Shown here piece after piece: positions 46,739 through 57,360 of a DNA stretch of 64,000 bases (the first letter of the stretch is position 1; each line of letters opens with the position of its first letter). The notes below the pieces were generated by a model. That model was not told the DNA's origin, ran no database searches, and was given only the letters and a program-made list of their open reading frames with translations. Origin of the DNA: Candidatus Poriferihabitaceae bacterium (GTDB taxonomy: Bacteria; Pseudomonadota; Gammaproteobacteria; Arenicellales; Poriferihabitantaceae); NCBI GenBank assembly GCA_965214055.1, contig OZ243931.1, positions 462,195 to 526,194 on the forward strand. The letters run 5' to 3'. A program made the translations under genes and the position numbers.

Positions 46739-47866
46739 ATGCCATCACTTTTACCCGACCTCGATCCATCCGGACTGCTCGAATATTCTGTTGTATTCAC
46801 CGACCGGTCCCTGAACCATATGTCCGGCAGTTTCCAAACGGTCATGACCGATATATCCGACACCCTCCGGGAAGTATACCGTGCCGAAACCGCGGTACTG
46901 GTTCCCGGAGGCGGCACCTATGGCATGGAGGCCGTGGCCCGTCAGTTTGCCACGGGCAAAAAGTGCATGGTCATCCGCAACGGGTTCTTCAGTTACCGCT
47001 GGACCCAGATTTTTGAAATGGGCCATATCCCCGGGGAACAAACCGTTCTGAAGGCCCGGATGATTTCCGACGAACCCCAGGCGCCGTTTGCACCGGCAGC
47101 CATCGAAACCGCGGTGGAAACCATCGGGAAACTGCGGCCGGACCTGGTTTTCGCACCCCATGTTGAAACCTCCGCAGGCATGATTTTGCCCGATGAGTAC
47201 CTGCAGCGCATCGCCAGTGCCGTCCACAAAGCGGGGGGCCTGTTCGTGCTCGACTGCATTGCATCCGGGGCCATGTGGGTGGACATGAAGGCCATCGGGG
47301 TCGATGTACTGATCAGCGCCCCACAAAAAGGCTGGAGTGCCTCCCCAAGCAGCGGGCTGGTCATGCTGAATGAACGGGCCACGCAAATCATGGAGTCTAC
47401 CACCAGCACCAGCTTTGCCTGCGACCTGAAGAAATGGTATCAGATCATGCAGGCATACGAAAATGGCGGACATGCCTATCATGCTACCGTGCCCACCGAT
47501 GCCCTGGTGGGTTTGAGGAACGCGATGAATGAAATGCGGGAGTTCGGGTTTGAAAACGGAAAACAGGCTCAGGCAAAGCTTGGAAGCCGGGTCCGGCAGT
47601 TGTTGGCGGAACGGGGAATCCGCAGCGTGGCGGCCCCGGGATACCAGGCTCCGGGAGTCGTCGTCAGTTACACGGACGACCCGGATATCCACAACGGCCG
47701 GAAATTTGCCGCCCAGGGCCTGCAGATTGCTGCCGGGGTGCCGTTGATGTGCGACGAACCAGCGGATTTCAGAACCTTCCGAATCGGGCTGTTTGGTCTC
47801 GACAAACTCAGGGATATCCAGCGCAGTACCGACAATCTGGACAGGGCGATGAGGGACATTTTCTAG
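46739..47866 (+). CDS. Class V (PLP-dependent) aminotransferase, serine/alanine-glyoxylate aminotransferase-like
   Basis: 375 aa. The PLP-Lys context is SAPQKGW, and the class V fold pattern is present. Confidence 0.85.
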   Translation: MPSLLPDLDPSGLLEYSVVFTDRSLNHMSGSFQTVMTDISDTLREVYRAETAVLVPGGGTYGMEAVARQFATGKKCMVIRNGFFSYRWTQIFEMGHIPGEQTVLKARMISDEPQAPFAPAAIETAVETIGKLRPDLVFAPHVETSAGMILPDEYLQRIASAVHKAGGLFVLDCIASGAMWVDMKAIGVDVLISAPQKGWSASPSSGLVMLNERATQIMESTTSTSFACDLKKWYQIMQAYENGGHAYHATVPTDALVGLRNAMNEMREFGFENGKQAQAKLGSRVRQLLAERGIRSVAAPGYQAPGVVVSYTDDPDIHNGRKFAAQGLQIAAGVPLMCDEPADFRTFRIGLFGLDKLRDIQRSTDNLDRAMRDIF

Positions 47867-48138
47867 CGGACACGCCGGTGATGAACGTCGGCTTCCCGGA
47901 TGCCGGGAAGCCTGGCGCTGATCCTGGCTGGCGCCTGCACAGTACGCGATGGACAACCCCCACCTGTGGATGAGTAGTGGTCCATGCCGCCCCGGAGGTT
48001 GTCCCGCGCGAAGGGTTGTCCCATCAGTCCGGCACAGTGCGAAACCCGGGTCCCAATCCACCCGGGCACGGTTCCAGCCCGGGCAGTAGACAAGCAGCCA
48101 TCCTCCTGCCTGCCAAGAATCCCTCTACCCCGGGTTGG

Positions 48139-49026
48139 TCAGGGCCCGAATTCCTGTTTGTAAAGCCGGTAAGCCCGACGAAACCGGTCGCTGTTTTCAC
48201 GGGTATAACCGGTATAATCAAAATCCAGTCCAGAATAAATTTCCGATACCATGGACCACATGGTTTCACGCAGCAGGGACGCGCACTTCATCGCGTTGTA
48301 GCTTTTCCAAAGCCGGTTATCCGGTTCCCCGTCAAAATACATGCCCAGCATCCTGCGTTCCGCACTCGCATCGAGCTGGCTGTTGGAAGCCAGGTTGGAC
48401 AGGTCGAATAAAGGGCTATTGAATCCCGCATAGTCAAAATCAATGAGCCAGATCTTGTTGCCATCGTCGATGAAATTTGCCGGCAACAGGTCATTGTGTC
48501 CGAACACCAGGGTCACGGGCCCCACATCCTGCTCCAGCCTGTGGGCAATGTCCATCAGCTGCGGCACCTTGTCCTGGTAATGACTGTTTCCCTGCTCCAG
48601 CATATTCTGGTAATGGCGAAGCACCTGGAAAACCCAGAACAGGATGGGATAACCCTTAAGGGTCCGCGGCATGTCCCCATGGAACTGCTTCAGTAACCGG
48701 GTCAATCGAGCCAGGGTCTCCGGGTCCCGGACATCCTCTTCACGCAGGACCGTTCCATCGACAAACCGGATAACCAATATCCCCGTCTCCCTGTACACAA
48801 CGTCCGGGGAGAAACCACACCAGGCGGCGGCCTCGGAGGAAACCCCTTCATTTTCCCTCAGGATCAGATGTTCCGGCACATCATTGCCCAACCGAACCAC
48901 GTAGGAGCGATCGCCATCTCGAATCCGGTAGTTCATATTGGTCATTCCGCCTGAAAGTACCGATATTTCAATGTCATTTTCCCAACACGGTAAGGCCCGT
49001 ATTCTGGTTTCGTGGTGATTTCGCAT
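48139..49026 (-). CDS. Choline/ethanolamine kinase-like phosphotransferase (APH fold)
   Basis: It has a Brenner-type motif HNDLLPANF, the Mg-binding IDFDYAG, and the N-terminal SGGMTNMNYR loop. Confidence 0.8.
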   Translation of the reverse strand: MRNHHETRIRALPCWENDIEISVLSGGMTNMNYRIRDGDRSYVVRLGNDVPEHLILRENEGVSSEAAAWCGFSPDVVYRETGILVIRFVDGTVLREEDVRDPETLARLTRLLKQFHGDMPRTLKGYPILFWVFQVLRHYQNMLEQGNSHYQDKVPQLMDIAHRLEQDVGPVTLVFGHNDLLPANFIDDGNKIWLIDFDYAGFNSPLFDLSNLASNSQLDASAERRMLGMYFDGEPDNRLWKSYNAMKCASLLRETMWSMVSEIYSGLDFDYTGYTRENSDRFRRAYRLYKQEFGP

Positions 49027-49487
49027 GTTCAGTTCAGAGTGGTTTTTGCAAAATTCAGCTCTCCAGTGAGTAGGCCGGATTCACGCTGGTGAATCCGGAA
49101 ACGATGGCCAGGCCTCGAATCTCTCTTTGTTCAGGCTCTTCCACCCGATACCCCTTGCAGGGGTACAGCATACTGTCCATGGATTATCAGGGCAACTGCC
49201 AAAATATTCCAGAAGAAGAACGGACCCAGCCTGCAACCGGAGATTTTCGGCATGGAAACTGGAGGGGCGGATGTCCATTTCCCGCATTCGGCCCCCGGTC
49301 ACAGTACGGCTGGATGTCCAGCCAGAATACCGGCCAGCAAAATATTCCGGAACGCTTTCCAATAAAACTGTTGTATTGGCCTGTAATTTTGGTATAAACG
49401 CGGGATAATCCACCAATCCCCGGCAACCTGTCCCCCAAACAACAGCCTGACCGATACAATACAGCAACCCTGACAAGGAGAATTGAA

Positions 49488-50684
49488 ATGAAACTGAAGA
49501 TACAACGGCCCCAGGCAGCGCTCTTGATAGCCATCCTGACCCTGCTTCCACTGTCGGTTTTTGCAGACAGCGTCAAAATTGGATTTGTCACCACTCTCAC
49601 GACCCCTGCCAGCGTAATCGGTGAAGACATGAGAAATGCCGTCAATCTCGCCGTCGACCATCTTGGTGGCAAGATGGCGGAAAAAGAAATCGAAGTCATT
49701 TTCGAAGACGATGGATTCAAGCCGGAAATCGGCAAACAGAAAACGGATAAACTGGTCAAGAAGGACGATGTCGACTTTGTTGCCGGCTTTATCTGGTCCC
49801 ATGTGCTGCTGGCATCCAGCAAATCCGTGCTGGATTCAGGAAAATTCCTGATCAGCTCCAATGCCGGTCCCTCTCAACTGGCAGGAAAAGGGTGCCATCG
49901 GAATTTCTTTTCCACCTCGTGGCAAAATGACCAGACACCCATGGCCATGGGTGAAGTCCTGAATAAACAGGGTGTGGCCTCGGTGTATATCATCGCACCG
50001 AACTATGCCGCGGGGAAAAATATGGTGGCGGGTGTGGAACGCACCTTCAAGGGGAATGTGGTCGGCAAGGACCTGACAAAATGGGGGAAGGACCGGCAGC
50101 TGGATTTTTCTGCCGAGCTGGCCAAGGCCAAGGCTTCCGGGGCGGATGGCCTGTTTGTTTTCTACCCGGGAAGTGCCGGCGGTGCATTTCTGAAACAATA
50201 CCAGCAGGCAGGGCTGAAAGGCTCCCTGCCCCTGTATACGGTCTTTACCGTGGATTCCCTCTCCCTGCCCAAACTCCAGACCGGGAATGTTGAGGGCGTT
50301 CTGGGCTCAAAAAGCACGATGTTCTGGGCGCCGGACCTGGACAATGCGGCGAACAAAAGATTTGTGGACGATTTCAAAGCGAAACACGGCAATTACCCCT
50401 CGTTCTATGCGGCGCAGTCCTATGACACCATCATGCTGATCAACAGCGCCGTCAATGCCACGGGAGGAGACCTGGATGACCAGGACGGCCTCCGTGCCGC
50501 AATGGAAAAAGCGGAGTTTGAGTCCATTCGGGGGTCCTACAGCTACAATAAAAACCACATGCCCATTCAAAACTTCTACCTGCGGGAAGTGGTCACCGAT
50601 GCGGAGGGAAACTGGACAACCAGCATTGTGAGCACGGTTTACGAAAATCACCAGGACAGTTACGCAGGAGAATGCAGTCTCTAG
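49488..50684 (+). CDS. ABC transporter substrate-binding protein (LivJ/K-type, HAAT family)
   Basis: Signal peptide plus a type I periplasmic binding fold pattern (KIGFVTTLTTPASVIGEDMRNA). A strong RBS (AAGGAG) is present. It is the first gene of the liv-like operon. Confidence 0.9.
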   Translation: MKLKIQRPQAALLIAILTLLPLSVFADSVKIGFVTTLTTPASVIGEDMRNAVNLAVDHLGGKMAEKEIEVIFEDDGFKPEIGKQKTDKLVKKDDVDFVAGFIWSHVLLASSKSVLDSGKFLISSNAGPSQLAGKGCHRNFFSTSWQNDQTPMAMGEVLNKQGVASVYIIAPNYAAGKNMVAGVERTFKGNVVGKDLTKWGKDRQLDFSAELAKAKASGADGLFVFYPGSAGGAFLKQYQQAGLKGSLPLYTVFTVDSLSLPKLQTGNVEGVLGSKSTMFWAPDLDNAANKRFVDDFKAKHGNYPSFYAAQSYDTIMLINSAVNATGGDLDDQDGLRAAMEKAEFESIRGSYSYNKNHMPIQNFYLREVVTDAEGNWTTSIVSTVYENHQDSYAGECSL

Positions 50685-50767
50685 TCGATTCTCTTCACAA
50701 CAACCGGATCAGACCACGCCGTGAATTCCACGTGAACTGATCCGGTATAACGACGGTTAATCCACCG

Positions 50768-51694
50768 GTGGACTGGCATCTGTTCGTTTCCCAGCTGCTC
50801 AACGGCCTGCAGCTGGGATTGCTTCTGTTCCTGCTTGCGTCCGGACTGACGTTGATATTCGGAATCATGAATTTCATCAACCTGTCCCATGGCGCCTTTT
50901 ACATGGTGGGCGCGTTTGTCTGTGCCACGGTGGTCCAGGCAACGGGTTCCCTGCTTGCCGGTGTCGTCATATCCCTGGCTGCCTTGTTGGTGATCGGCGC
51001 CGCCGTTGAATGGATGATCGCGAGGAAACTGTACCAGAATGATCACCTCGACCATGTTCTGGTCACATTCGGATTGATCCTGGTTTTCGATACCCTTGCC
51101 CATATCATCTGGGGTTCTGCCGGGATGATCATTCCATTGCCGGAAATACTGAACGGACAGGTTCGGCTCGGCAGTTTCGTCATTCCCAGCTATCGGCTTG
51201 TGATCATTGGAAACGGCCTGATGGTTGCCGTCGCGCTGTATATCCTGATCACCCGCTCCCGGCTCGGCATGCTGATTCGGGCCGGCGCATCCGACCGCGA
51301 CATGGTCACGGCCCTGGGAGTCAATATCGACCGACTTTACCTGGTTGTCTTTGCCATTGGTGCTGCCATGGCGGGTTTCGCAGGCCTGTTGATTGCCCCC
51401 ATTACAGAAGCCAGCATTGGCATGGGCAATGAAATTATCATTATTGCGTTTGTGGTCGTGATCACGGGGGGCATCGGTTCGGTTCAGGGCGCCTTTTACA
51501 GTGCCATCATCATTGGACTTCTCGACACGCTGGGACGCTCTTACCTGGATGACTTCCTGGGGTTGTTCCTGTCTGTCCAGGCCGCTGAAACAGCAGCTCC
51601 CGCCTTGTCCGCGATGATGGTCTACATACTGATGGCCGCCATACTGGTATGCAGGCCCCAGGGGCTGTTTTCGCCTTCCGGTCTTAGAAGGTAA
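50768..51694 (+). CDS. livH: Branched-chain amino acid-type ABC permease (LivH family)
   Basis: 308 aa. MDWHLFVSQLLNGLQLGLLLFLLASGLTLIFGIMNFINLSHG is the typical LivH N-terminus. Confidence 0.9.
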   Translation: MDWHLFVSQLLNGLQLGLLLFLLASGLTLIFGIMNFINLSHGAFYMVGAFVCATVVQATGSLLAGVVISLAALLVIGAAVEWMIARKLYQNDHLDHVLVTFGLILVFDTLAHIIWGSAGMIIPLPEILNGQVRLGSFVIPSYRLVIIGNGLMVAVALYILITRSRLGMLIRAGASDRDMVTALGVNIDRLYLVVFAIGAAMAGFAGLLIAPITEASIGMGNEIIIIAFVVVITGGIGSVQGAFYSAIIIGLLDTLGRSYLDDFLGLFLSVQAAETAAPALSAMMVYILMAAILVCRPQGLFSPSGLRR

Positions 51695-52678
51695 GTGTTC
51701 AAACTCCCAAGAAGCCTCCCAGCCCGGGCCTACCTGGCAGTCACGGTGCTGTTTCTGGTTGCCCCCGGGCTGGTTGCTCTTGGCAACCAGCCCTTCTACC
51801 TTGACCTGTTGACCCGGATATTGATTCTGGCCATCGCGGCCATCAGCCTCAATCTGATTATTGGCTTTGGAGGAATGATCAGTCTGGGGCATGCTGCCTT
51901 TGTAGGCATTGGAGCCTATTGCGTGGGCATTCCGGCATACTATGATATTTTCAATGGTTTCATACATCTTGGTCTTGCCATATCCTGCAGCGCCGCTTTT
52001 GCCCTGATCACCGGCGCCGTTTCCCTGCGCACCCGTGGTTTGTACTTCATCATGATTACCCTGGCATTCGCCCAGATGCTGTATTTCACTTTCGTCAGTC
52101 TCGATGAGTACGGTGCGGATGATGGGCTGATCATCTACCAGCGCAGCGATTTCAATGGACTGCTCGACCTGGAGAATCCGGCGACCCTGTACTACACTGT
52201 TCTCATCACGTTGCTGCTGTTGCTGTACCTGATGCACCGCCTGGTACATGCCCGGTTCGGCAGGGTGATCATCGGCTGCAAACACAACGAAAAACGGATG
52301 CAGGCACTGGGGTTCGATACGTATCGTTACAAACTGACCTGTTATGTGATCTCTGGAACCATTTGTGGAATCGCGGGATTCTTTCTCGGTAATTTCACGA
52401 ATTTCATCAGCCCTGAAATGATGGACTGGACTCACTCGGGTGAATTGATTTTCATGATTGTCATTGGCGGTACCGCCGGGATTTTCGGTCCGGTGGTCGG
52501 CACTGCCCTGTTTTTGCTTCTGGAGGAAATGCTGTCCAGCCTGACCCAGTACTGGCAGCTGATATTCGGACTGATGCTTATCCTGCTGGTCATCTTCGGC
52601 AAGGGAGGGGTACATGGCCTGCTCGTGTGGGCCGATACAAAACGAACGATCCATGCACAATCGAAAAATAATTCTTAA
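51695..52678 (+). CDS. livM: Branched-chain amino acid-type ABC permease (LivM family)
   Basis: 327 aa with multiple TM helices. SLNLIIGFGGMISLGHAAFVGIGAY is the typical LivM motif. The GTG start immediately follows the livH stop. Confidence 0.9.
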   Translation: MFKLPRSLPARAYLAVTVLFLVAPGLVALGNQPFYLDLLTRILILAIAAISLNLIIGFGGMISLGHAAFVGIGAYCVGIPAYYDIFNGFIHLGLAISCSAAFALITGAVSLRTRGLYFIMITLAFAQMLYFTFVSLDEYGADDGLIIYQRSDFNGLLDLENPATLYYTVLITLLLLLYLMHRLVHARFGRVIIGCKHNEKRMQALGFDTYRYKLTCYVISGTICGIAGFFLGNFTNFISPEMMDWTHSGELIFMIVIGGTAGIFGPVVGTALFLLLEEMLSSLTQYWQLIFGLMLILLVIFGKGGVHGLLVWADTKRTIHAQSKNNS

Positions 52679-53411
52679 GGTCGAGAATCTCAACAAGTCC
52701 TTTGGCGGGATCCTGGCATCCAGAGATATCAACCTGCAGGTCCAGGAACACGAGGTGCATGCCGTGGTGGGTCCCAATGGCGGGGGCAAAACCACATTGA
52801 TGGCGCAACTTTCCGGCATATTGAAGCCGGACAGCGGAAAAATTCTGTTCAAGGACCGGAATATCATACCCCTTGGCACACACAAACGGGTGCACATCGG
52901 GCTTGCAAGCTCGTTCCAGATCACCAGCATCATCCAGCCAATGAGCATGCTGGACAATGTCATGCTGGCTGTCCAGTCTCTTCGGAGTCACTCCTATCGA
53001 TTCTGGGCTCCGGTTTCCGCTGATACCGGAATCCGCGACACCGCGATGAAAGTCCTGGAACATGTGGGGCTGAACCGGCAGGCGGGTACGATCGCCGGAA
53101 AATCTTCCCACGGCGAACAGCGACAGCTTGAAATTGCAATGGCCCTTGCGCTGGAACCCGACCTGCTCCTGCTGGATGAACCCACAAGCGGAATGAGCAA
53201 GGAGGAATCGGGGGAAATGGTCGAGCTTCTGAAAAAAATGAAGGGAGAAAAAACCATTCTCCTCATCGAACATGACATGGATGCGGTCTTTGCCCTGGCG
53301 GACACCACTTCGGTGCTGGTGGATGGTCATATCATCGCTACGGGGACATCGGGGCAGATCCGGTCCGACCCGAATGTCCAGCAGGCCTACCTGGGTGAGG
53401 AGGCAGCATGA
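52653..53411 (+). CDS. livG: ABC transporter ATP-binding protein (LivG family)
   Basis: Walker A GPNGGGKTT, signature SHGEQRQLEIA and Walker B LLLLDEP are present. The start was set at the ATG at 52653 (MHNRKIILKVENL). Confidence 0.9.
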   Translation: MHNRKIILKVENLNKSFGGILASRDINLQVQEHEVHAVVGPNGGGKTTLMAQLSGILKPDSGKILFKDRNIIPLGTHKRVHIGLASSFQITSIIQPMSMLDNVMLAVQSLRSHSYRFWAPVSADTGIRDTAMKVLEHVGLNRQAGTIAGKSSHGEQRQLEIAMALALEPDLLLLDEPTSGMSKEESGEMVELLKKMKGEKTILLIEHDMDAVFALADTTSVLVDGHIIATGTSGQIRSDPNVQQAYLGEEAA

Positions 53412-54112
53412 GCCTTCAGGTGAACGCCATCGACACCTGCTATGGGAACAGCCAGGTTCTGTTTGGATTGAACATGGAGGTCCGCGACGGCCGGGTCACC
53501 ACCCTGCTTGGAAGAAACGGCATGGGGAAAACCACCACGGTGAATTCAATCATGGGACATCTGCCGATCCAGAGCGGAGATATCCGATACGGCAAGGACA
53601 AAATCAACGGACTTCCCCCGTTCAGGATTGCCCGGAAAGGGGTTGGCCTTGTCCCGGAGGGACGAAAAATTTTTCCCAACCTGAATGTCAGGGAAAATCT
53701 GGTTGCCACGTCCGCCAATTACAATGGTTCCCGGGACCCCTGGACCCTGGAAAAAGTGCTGGACCTGTTTCCCCTTCTTGGCAGGCGTCTGAATAACATG
53801 GGCAGCCAGCTGTCGGGAGGAGAACAGCAAATGCTGGCCATTGGGCGTGCACTGATGCTGAATCCGCAACTCCTGATCCTCGACGAAGCAACCGAAGGCC
53901 TGGCTCCGCTGGTTCGAAAGGAAATCTGGAACCAGCTGAACATCATCAGGCAAACGGGGATATCCATATTGCTCATCGACAAGAATCTGGAAGACCTGTG
54001 CAGAATCGCGGACTATCATTATATTATTGAAAAGGGAACCATTGTCTGGGAGGGCAACTCCAAGGCATTGCGTTCCAACCCGAAACTGAAACTCAGATTC
54101 CTTGGAGTATAG
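53408..54112 (+). CDS. livF: ABC transporter ATP-binding protein (LivF family)
   Basis: Walker A GRNGMGKTT, signature LSGGEQQMLAIG and Walker B LLILDE are present. Its start overlaps the livG stop (ATGA). Confidence 0.9.
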   Translation: MSLQVNAIDTCYGNSQVLFGLNMEVRDGRVTTLLGRNGMGKTTTVNSIMGHLPIQSGDIRYGKDKINGLPPFRIARKGVGLVPEGRKIFPNLNVRENLVATSANYNGSRDPWTLEKVLDLFPLLGRRLNNMGSQLSGGEQQMLAIGRALMLNPQLLILDEATEGLAPLVRKEIWNQLNIIRQTGISILLIDKNLEDLCRIADYHYIIEKGTIVWEGNSKALRSNPKLKLRFLGV

Positions 54113-54330
54113 TCCGGGAAAGCGGCCAGGTTATCCGTAATCCCCCATCATCGGGCCGTGTCGAGGTCCGGGCGCGGACCTGGTTCAATGGGTATCCCCG
54201 GGCAGGGCAACAGACCATTGGTCCCGCAGGCCATTGATCCCGTCACGACTCCGGCGATCCGTTGGCGTCGGCACAGGACGGATCAGACCGGGCAGTGGTC
54301 ACAGATTGCGATATTGACCCGAATAATGCA

Positions 54331-54351
54331 GTGCACCTTTCCATGGTGCAC
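54331..54351 (-). terminator. Candidate terminator hairpin downstream of senC
   Basis: GTGCACC-tttccat-GGTGCAC forms a 7-bp stem 24 nt after the senC stop. A moderately U-rich tail follows on the minus strand. Confidence 0.35.
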
Positions 54352-54374
54352 GGAAATACCAGGCGAAAACCCGT

Positions 54375-54932
54375 TCAATTGTTCACAAGGTGCTCGACGA
54401 CCCACCCGGTGACACTCAATGCTCCGGATTCCTGAAAAACAAGACGCCCCTCCTCGTCGAGTACTGAGATCAGGTTGGAATGATTGACTTCGTTGTTGTC
54501 CAATCGCTCATACTTGACGCCCAATACCATGGACAGGTCCCGGATGGCGTCGTCGTCCCCGCGCAATAACGACCACTGGCCCTTTTCCAGATTCTGCCGT
54601 CGTGCGTATTCAGCCAGCACCTCCGGCGTATCTGTGGAGGGCGTAAGAGTCACCAGTACGAATCCAACCTCGTTTTCCATCTCCTCGGGCAGCGATGCCG
54701 CAATCGTTTTCATGCTCGACACCACCACGGGGCAGACATGTTCACAGTGGGTATACACCATGCTGACAACCTGTTTTCTCCCCCGCAGTTCCCCCAGTTC
54801 GACGGTCTCTGCCTGCTGGTTCTGCCAGTGCCCACCGACCTGGTAGACCGAGTCACCGGCGAGATCCTGTTGCCCCAGCACCGTCATGGAGGGAACCAGG
54901 AATACCAGCCCCAGCAACCGAAGAAATTTCAT
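54375..54932 (-). CDS. senC: SCO1/SenC family copper chaperone
   Basis: The signal peptide MKFLRLLGLVFLVPS and the thioredoxin-like CxxxC motif (HCEHVCP) are present. The start was set at the ATG at 54932, 2 nt after the nirV stop. Confidence 0.85.
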   Translation of the reverse strand: MKFLRLLGLVFLVPSMTVLGQQDLAGDSVYQVGGHWQNQQAETVELGELRGRKQVVSMVYTHCEHVCPVVVSSMKTIAASLPEEMENEVGFVLVTLTPSTDTPEVLAEYARRQNLEKGQWSLLRGDDDAIRDLSMVLGVKYERLDNNEVNHSNLISVLDEEGRLVFQESGALSVTGWVVEHLVNN

Positions 54933-54933
54933 G

Positions 54934-55725
54934 TCAGTTTCCTCTTGAAATGGCACACCGAAAGCCAAGATTGGACATCGCATATCTGGCGGACAGGCTT
55001 GAGCGAAAAGCATACCGCATAAACGCGGCGTAGTCACTTGGGTCCGCCGCATTCACGCTGCCGGCGGCACAATACAGTTTCTTGTCAATACTGCTGTCGG
55101 CTCTCGATTCCCCGCTGACCAGGGCGGAGTTGAAGTCGACGGTCCATTCCCACACCATTCCGTGTAAATCATAAATCCCCCAGTAGTTCGCGGGAGAGCG
55201 GCCGACGGGATTGTTTTCCGGGCGACCATGGTGTGCATACCAGTTGAGTATTCTCTGTTGATAGCCGGGTTCCCGGAAGCCTTCCGGGCTGGATTCGCTG
55301 GCTCTTGAGACATACTCCCACTGGGCAATGGACGGCAGCTTTTTGCTGAACGCCCTGCAGTAGCTGTTGGCGGCAAACCAGGAAACATTCACAACCGGAA
55401 AATCCAGCATGGCCTTTTCCGGCTCCCAGGAATCACTGGCTGCATTCTTCTTCCAGTGCTGCAGATACCGACTGTCCGCAAACACCGTCGGCACCCTGTC
55501 TTTTTTCCATTTGGGATGTTCCGAGACGAATTCCAGATAATCCCGGTTGGTCACCGGCAGCCGGTCCAGGGAAAAGGCCTCGACGGCAACAAGGGGACTG
55601 TCTTTTGCCAGGTACAATGGCCGAAATTCCCCTGCGGGAATCTCGGCCATGCTGGCGGAACTGATCTTCCCGGACAGCAACAGCGCCGTGAACGTTAGAG
55701 CCACGGTACCGCAATGACGGAGCAT
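54934..55725 (-). CDS. nirV: Formylglycine-generating-enzyme (SUMF1) domain protein, NirV-like
   Basis: FGE-sulfatase motifs (PVVNVSWFAANSYC, GIYDLHGMVWEWT, GFRCA) are present. It lies directly downstream of nirK, as described for nirK-nirV pairs. Confidence 0.8.
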   Translation of the reverse strand: MLRHCGTVALTFTALLLSGKISSASMAEIPAGEFRPLYLAKDSPLVAVEAFSLDRLPVTNRDYLEFVSEHPKWKKDRVPTVFADSRYLQHWKKNAASDSWEPEKAMLDFPVVNVSWFAANSYCRAFSKKLPSIAQWEYVSRASESSPEGFREPGYQQRILNWYAHHGRPENNPVGRSPANYWGIYDLHGMVWEWTVDFNSALVSGESRADSSIDKKLYCAAGSVNAADPSDYAAFMRYAFRSSLSARYAMSNLGFRCAISRGN

Positions 55726-57129
55726 CTACTGCCCCTTGCGCAGGCCCGCCACCTGTTCCGGGTTCACTACGCCACCGTCATTGCCCCAGGAATTGAGAAG
55801 GTAGGTCAATACATTCGCAATATCATTGTCTGAAAGACGCATCGCTGGCATGACACCATTGTACTCCTGTCCGTTTACCATGATGGGACCGCTCAGCCCC
55901 TCCAGAATCGCCTTGACCGCCCGGTCGGGGTCTGCGTTCAGGTAATCCGAACCCGCCAGCGGAGGAAAGGCCCCTCTCAAACCCTGTCCGTCAGCCTGAT
56001 GACAGGCGGCGCAGTTGACTTCATAGACACGTTGGCCGAACTGGATCTGTTCTTCCATGTTGTTGGCCACCACCGATTCGGCCTCCACCATGATTTCCTG
56101 AATCGCGGATCCTTCCGGCAGATAAACCGTGTCCGCCTGCTTGCCTGAATAGATGGTGAGCTGCTCGGGGCCCTCGGCCTTGATCATCCCAAGTGCTCCT
56201 TTGTTGAAGGCACGAAAGATGGAATGGTCCACCATGATGAATGTGCCCGGGACATCCATCTTGAACTCGGTAATGGCCGACCCCCCTGCGGGAATGAGGG
56301 TCGTTTGGACATTTTCGTTAATTGCCGTACCACCCTCAATGTAAACCCTGTCAAAAATCTCTCCGATCACGTGGAATGAAGACACCAGGTTGGGGCCTCC
56401 GTTCCCCACGTACAGGCGAACGGTTTCTCCCACATTCGCTGCCAGTGCATTGTCCCCCACCATGCTGCCTACCGAGCCGTTGAAAACGACATAGTCTGCA
56501 TCCTCATTGATCGCTTTCTCCATATCGAACGGCTGCAGGCCAAGTTCCCCGAAGTCACCCTGGGTATAGAAATCACCCTGCACGACATAGTATTCACGGT
56601 CCACTTCCGGCAGGCCTTCTTCCGGTTCAACCAGAATGAGTCCATACATGCCATTGGCAACGTGCATTCCAACCGGGGCCGTGGCGCAATGATAGACATA
56701 CAGCCCTGGATTCAAGGCCTGAAACTGGAAAATCGAAGTATGACCCGGGGCCGTAAACGATGATGTCGCACCACCCCCCGGCCCGGTCACGGCATGTAAA
56801 TCGATATTGTGCGGCATCCTCGAAGAAGGATGATTCGAAAAATGAAATTCCACCACATCGTTCTCCCGGATCCGTATGAACTGTCCGGGAACCGAACCAC
56901 CGAAAGTCCAATACATATATTCCACGCCATCGGCCATTTCCATCACTTTCTCCACCGTTTCCATTTTGACAATGACCCTGGCCGGATGGTCACGGGTAAT
57001 GGGGGGAGGCACGAGTGGGGGGGACGTCAGGACTGCTTCTTCCACGGGTAACGTTTGTGCCCAGCTGGCGGGCAGTGCCAGCACCAGGCACAGCAGGGAA
57101 ACCCTGGTCCGGCATATAAGCTTGTGCAT
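55726..57129 (-). CDS. nirK: Copper-containing nitrite reductase NirK with C-terminal monoheme cytochrome c domain
   Basis: Type 1/type 2 Cu ligand contexts are present ([28 protein letters not shown]). The C-terminal CAACHQ heme c motif has a distal Met region. The signal peptide starts at the ATG at 57129. Confidence 0.9.
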   Translation of the reverse strand: MHKLICRTRVSLLCLVLALPASWAQTLPVEEAVLTSPPLVPPPITRDHPARVIVKMETVEKVMEMADGVEYMYWTFGGSVPGQFIRIRENDVVEFHFSNHPSSRMPHNIDLHAVTGPGGGATSSFTAPGHTSIFQFQALNPGLYVYHCATAPVGMHVANGMYGLILVEPEEGLPEVDREYYVVQGDFYTQGDFGELGLQPFDMEKAINEDADYVVFNGSVGSMVGDNALAANVGETVRLYVGNGGPNLVSSFHVIGEIFDRVYIEGGTAINENVQTTLIPAGGSAITEFKMDVPGTFIMVDHSIFRAFNKGALGMIKAEGPEQLTIYSGKQADTVYLPEGSAIQEIMVEAESVVANNMEEQIQFGQRVYEVNCAACHQADGQGLRGAFPPLAGSDYLNADPDRAVKAILEGLSGPIMVNGQEYNGVMPAMRLSDNDIANVLTYLLNSWGNDGGVVNPEQVAGLRKGQ

Positions 57130-57199
57130 GATCAACTCCTCATATCGATTCGTCACAGAAAGATACGTGATACGGTAGCCATTCAGGGGTTCAACTGCC

Positions 57200-57213
57200 T
57201 TGATATAAGTCAA
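57200..57213. promoter_or_regulatory. FNR/CRP-family (FNR/Dnr/NnrR-type) binding box TTGAT-N4-GTCAA
   Basis: TTGATATAAGTCAA is centred 77 nt upstream of the nirK ATG, in the nirK/Rieske divergent intergenic region. Confidence 0.5.
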
Positions 57214-57360
57214 GTCGTCCGTAAACCTATTGAATTTCGAAGCCACCCATGTGCCCGCTTCAGGTTCAGGCCGGGATGTTTTTTTACCGAGAGTGTCCGG
57301 ACGGGTTGTATCCGGTTGAAGGCGGATATAAGCTTGCCACCACTGCAGCCAGATTCACGA

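Noticed and set aside
47890-47912. A 10-bp perfect hairpin GGCTTCCCGG-atg-CCGGGAAGCC between the convergent aminotransferase and kinase genes, considered as an intrinsic terminator
   Set aside because: The stem is strong, but no U-tract follows on either strand and the loop is only 3 nt. It may still stabilise the 3' ends, but it is not supported as a canonical terminator.
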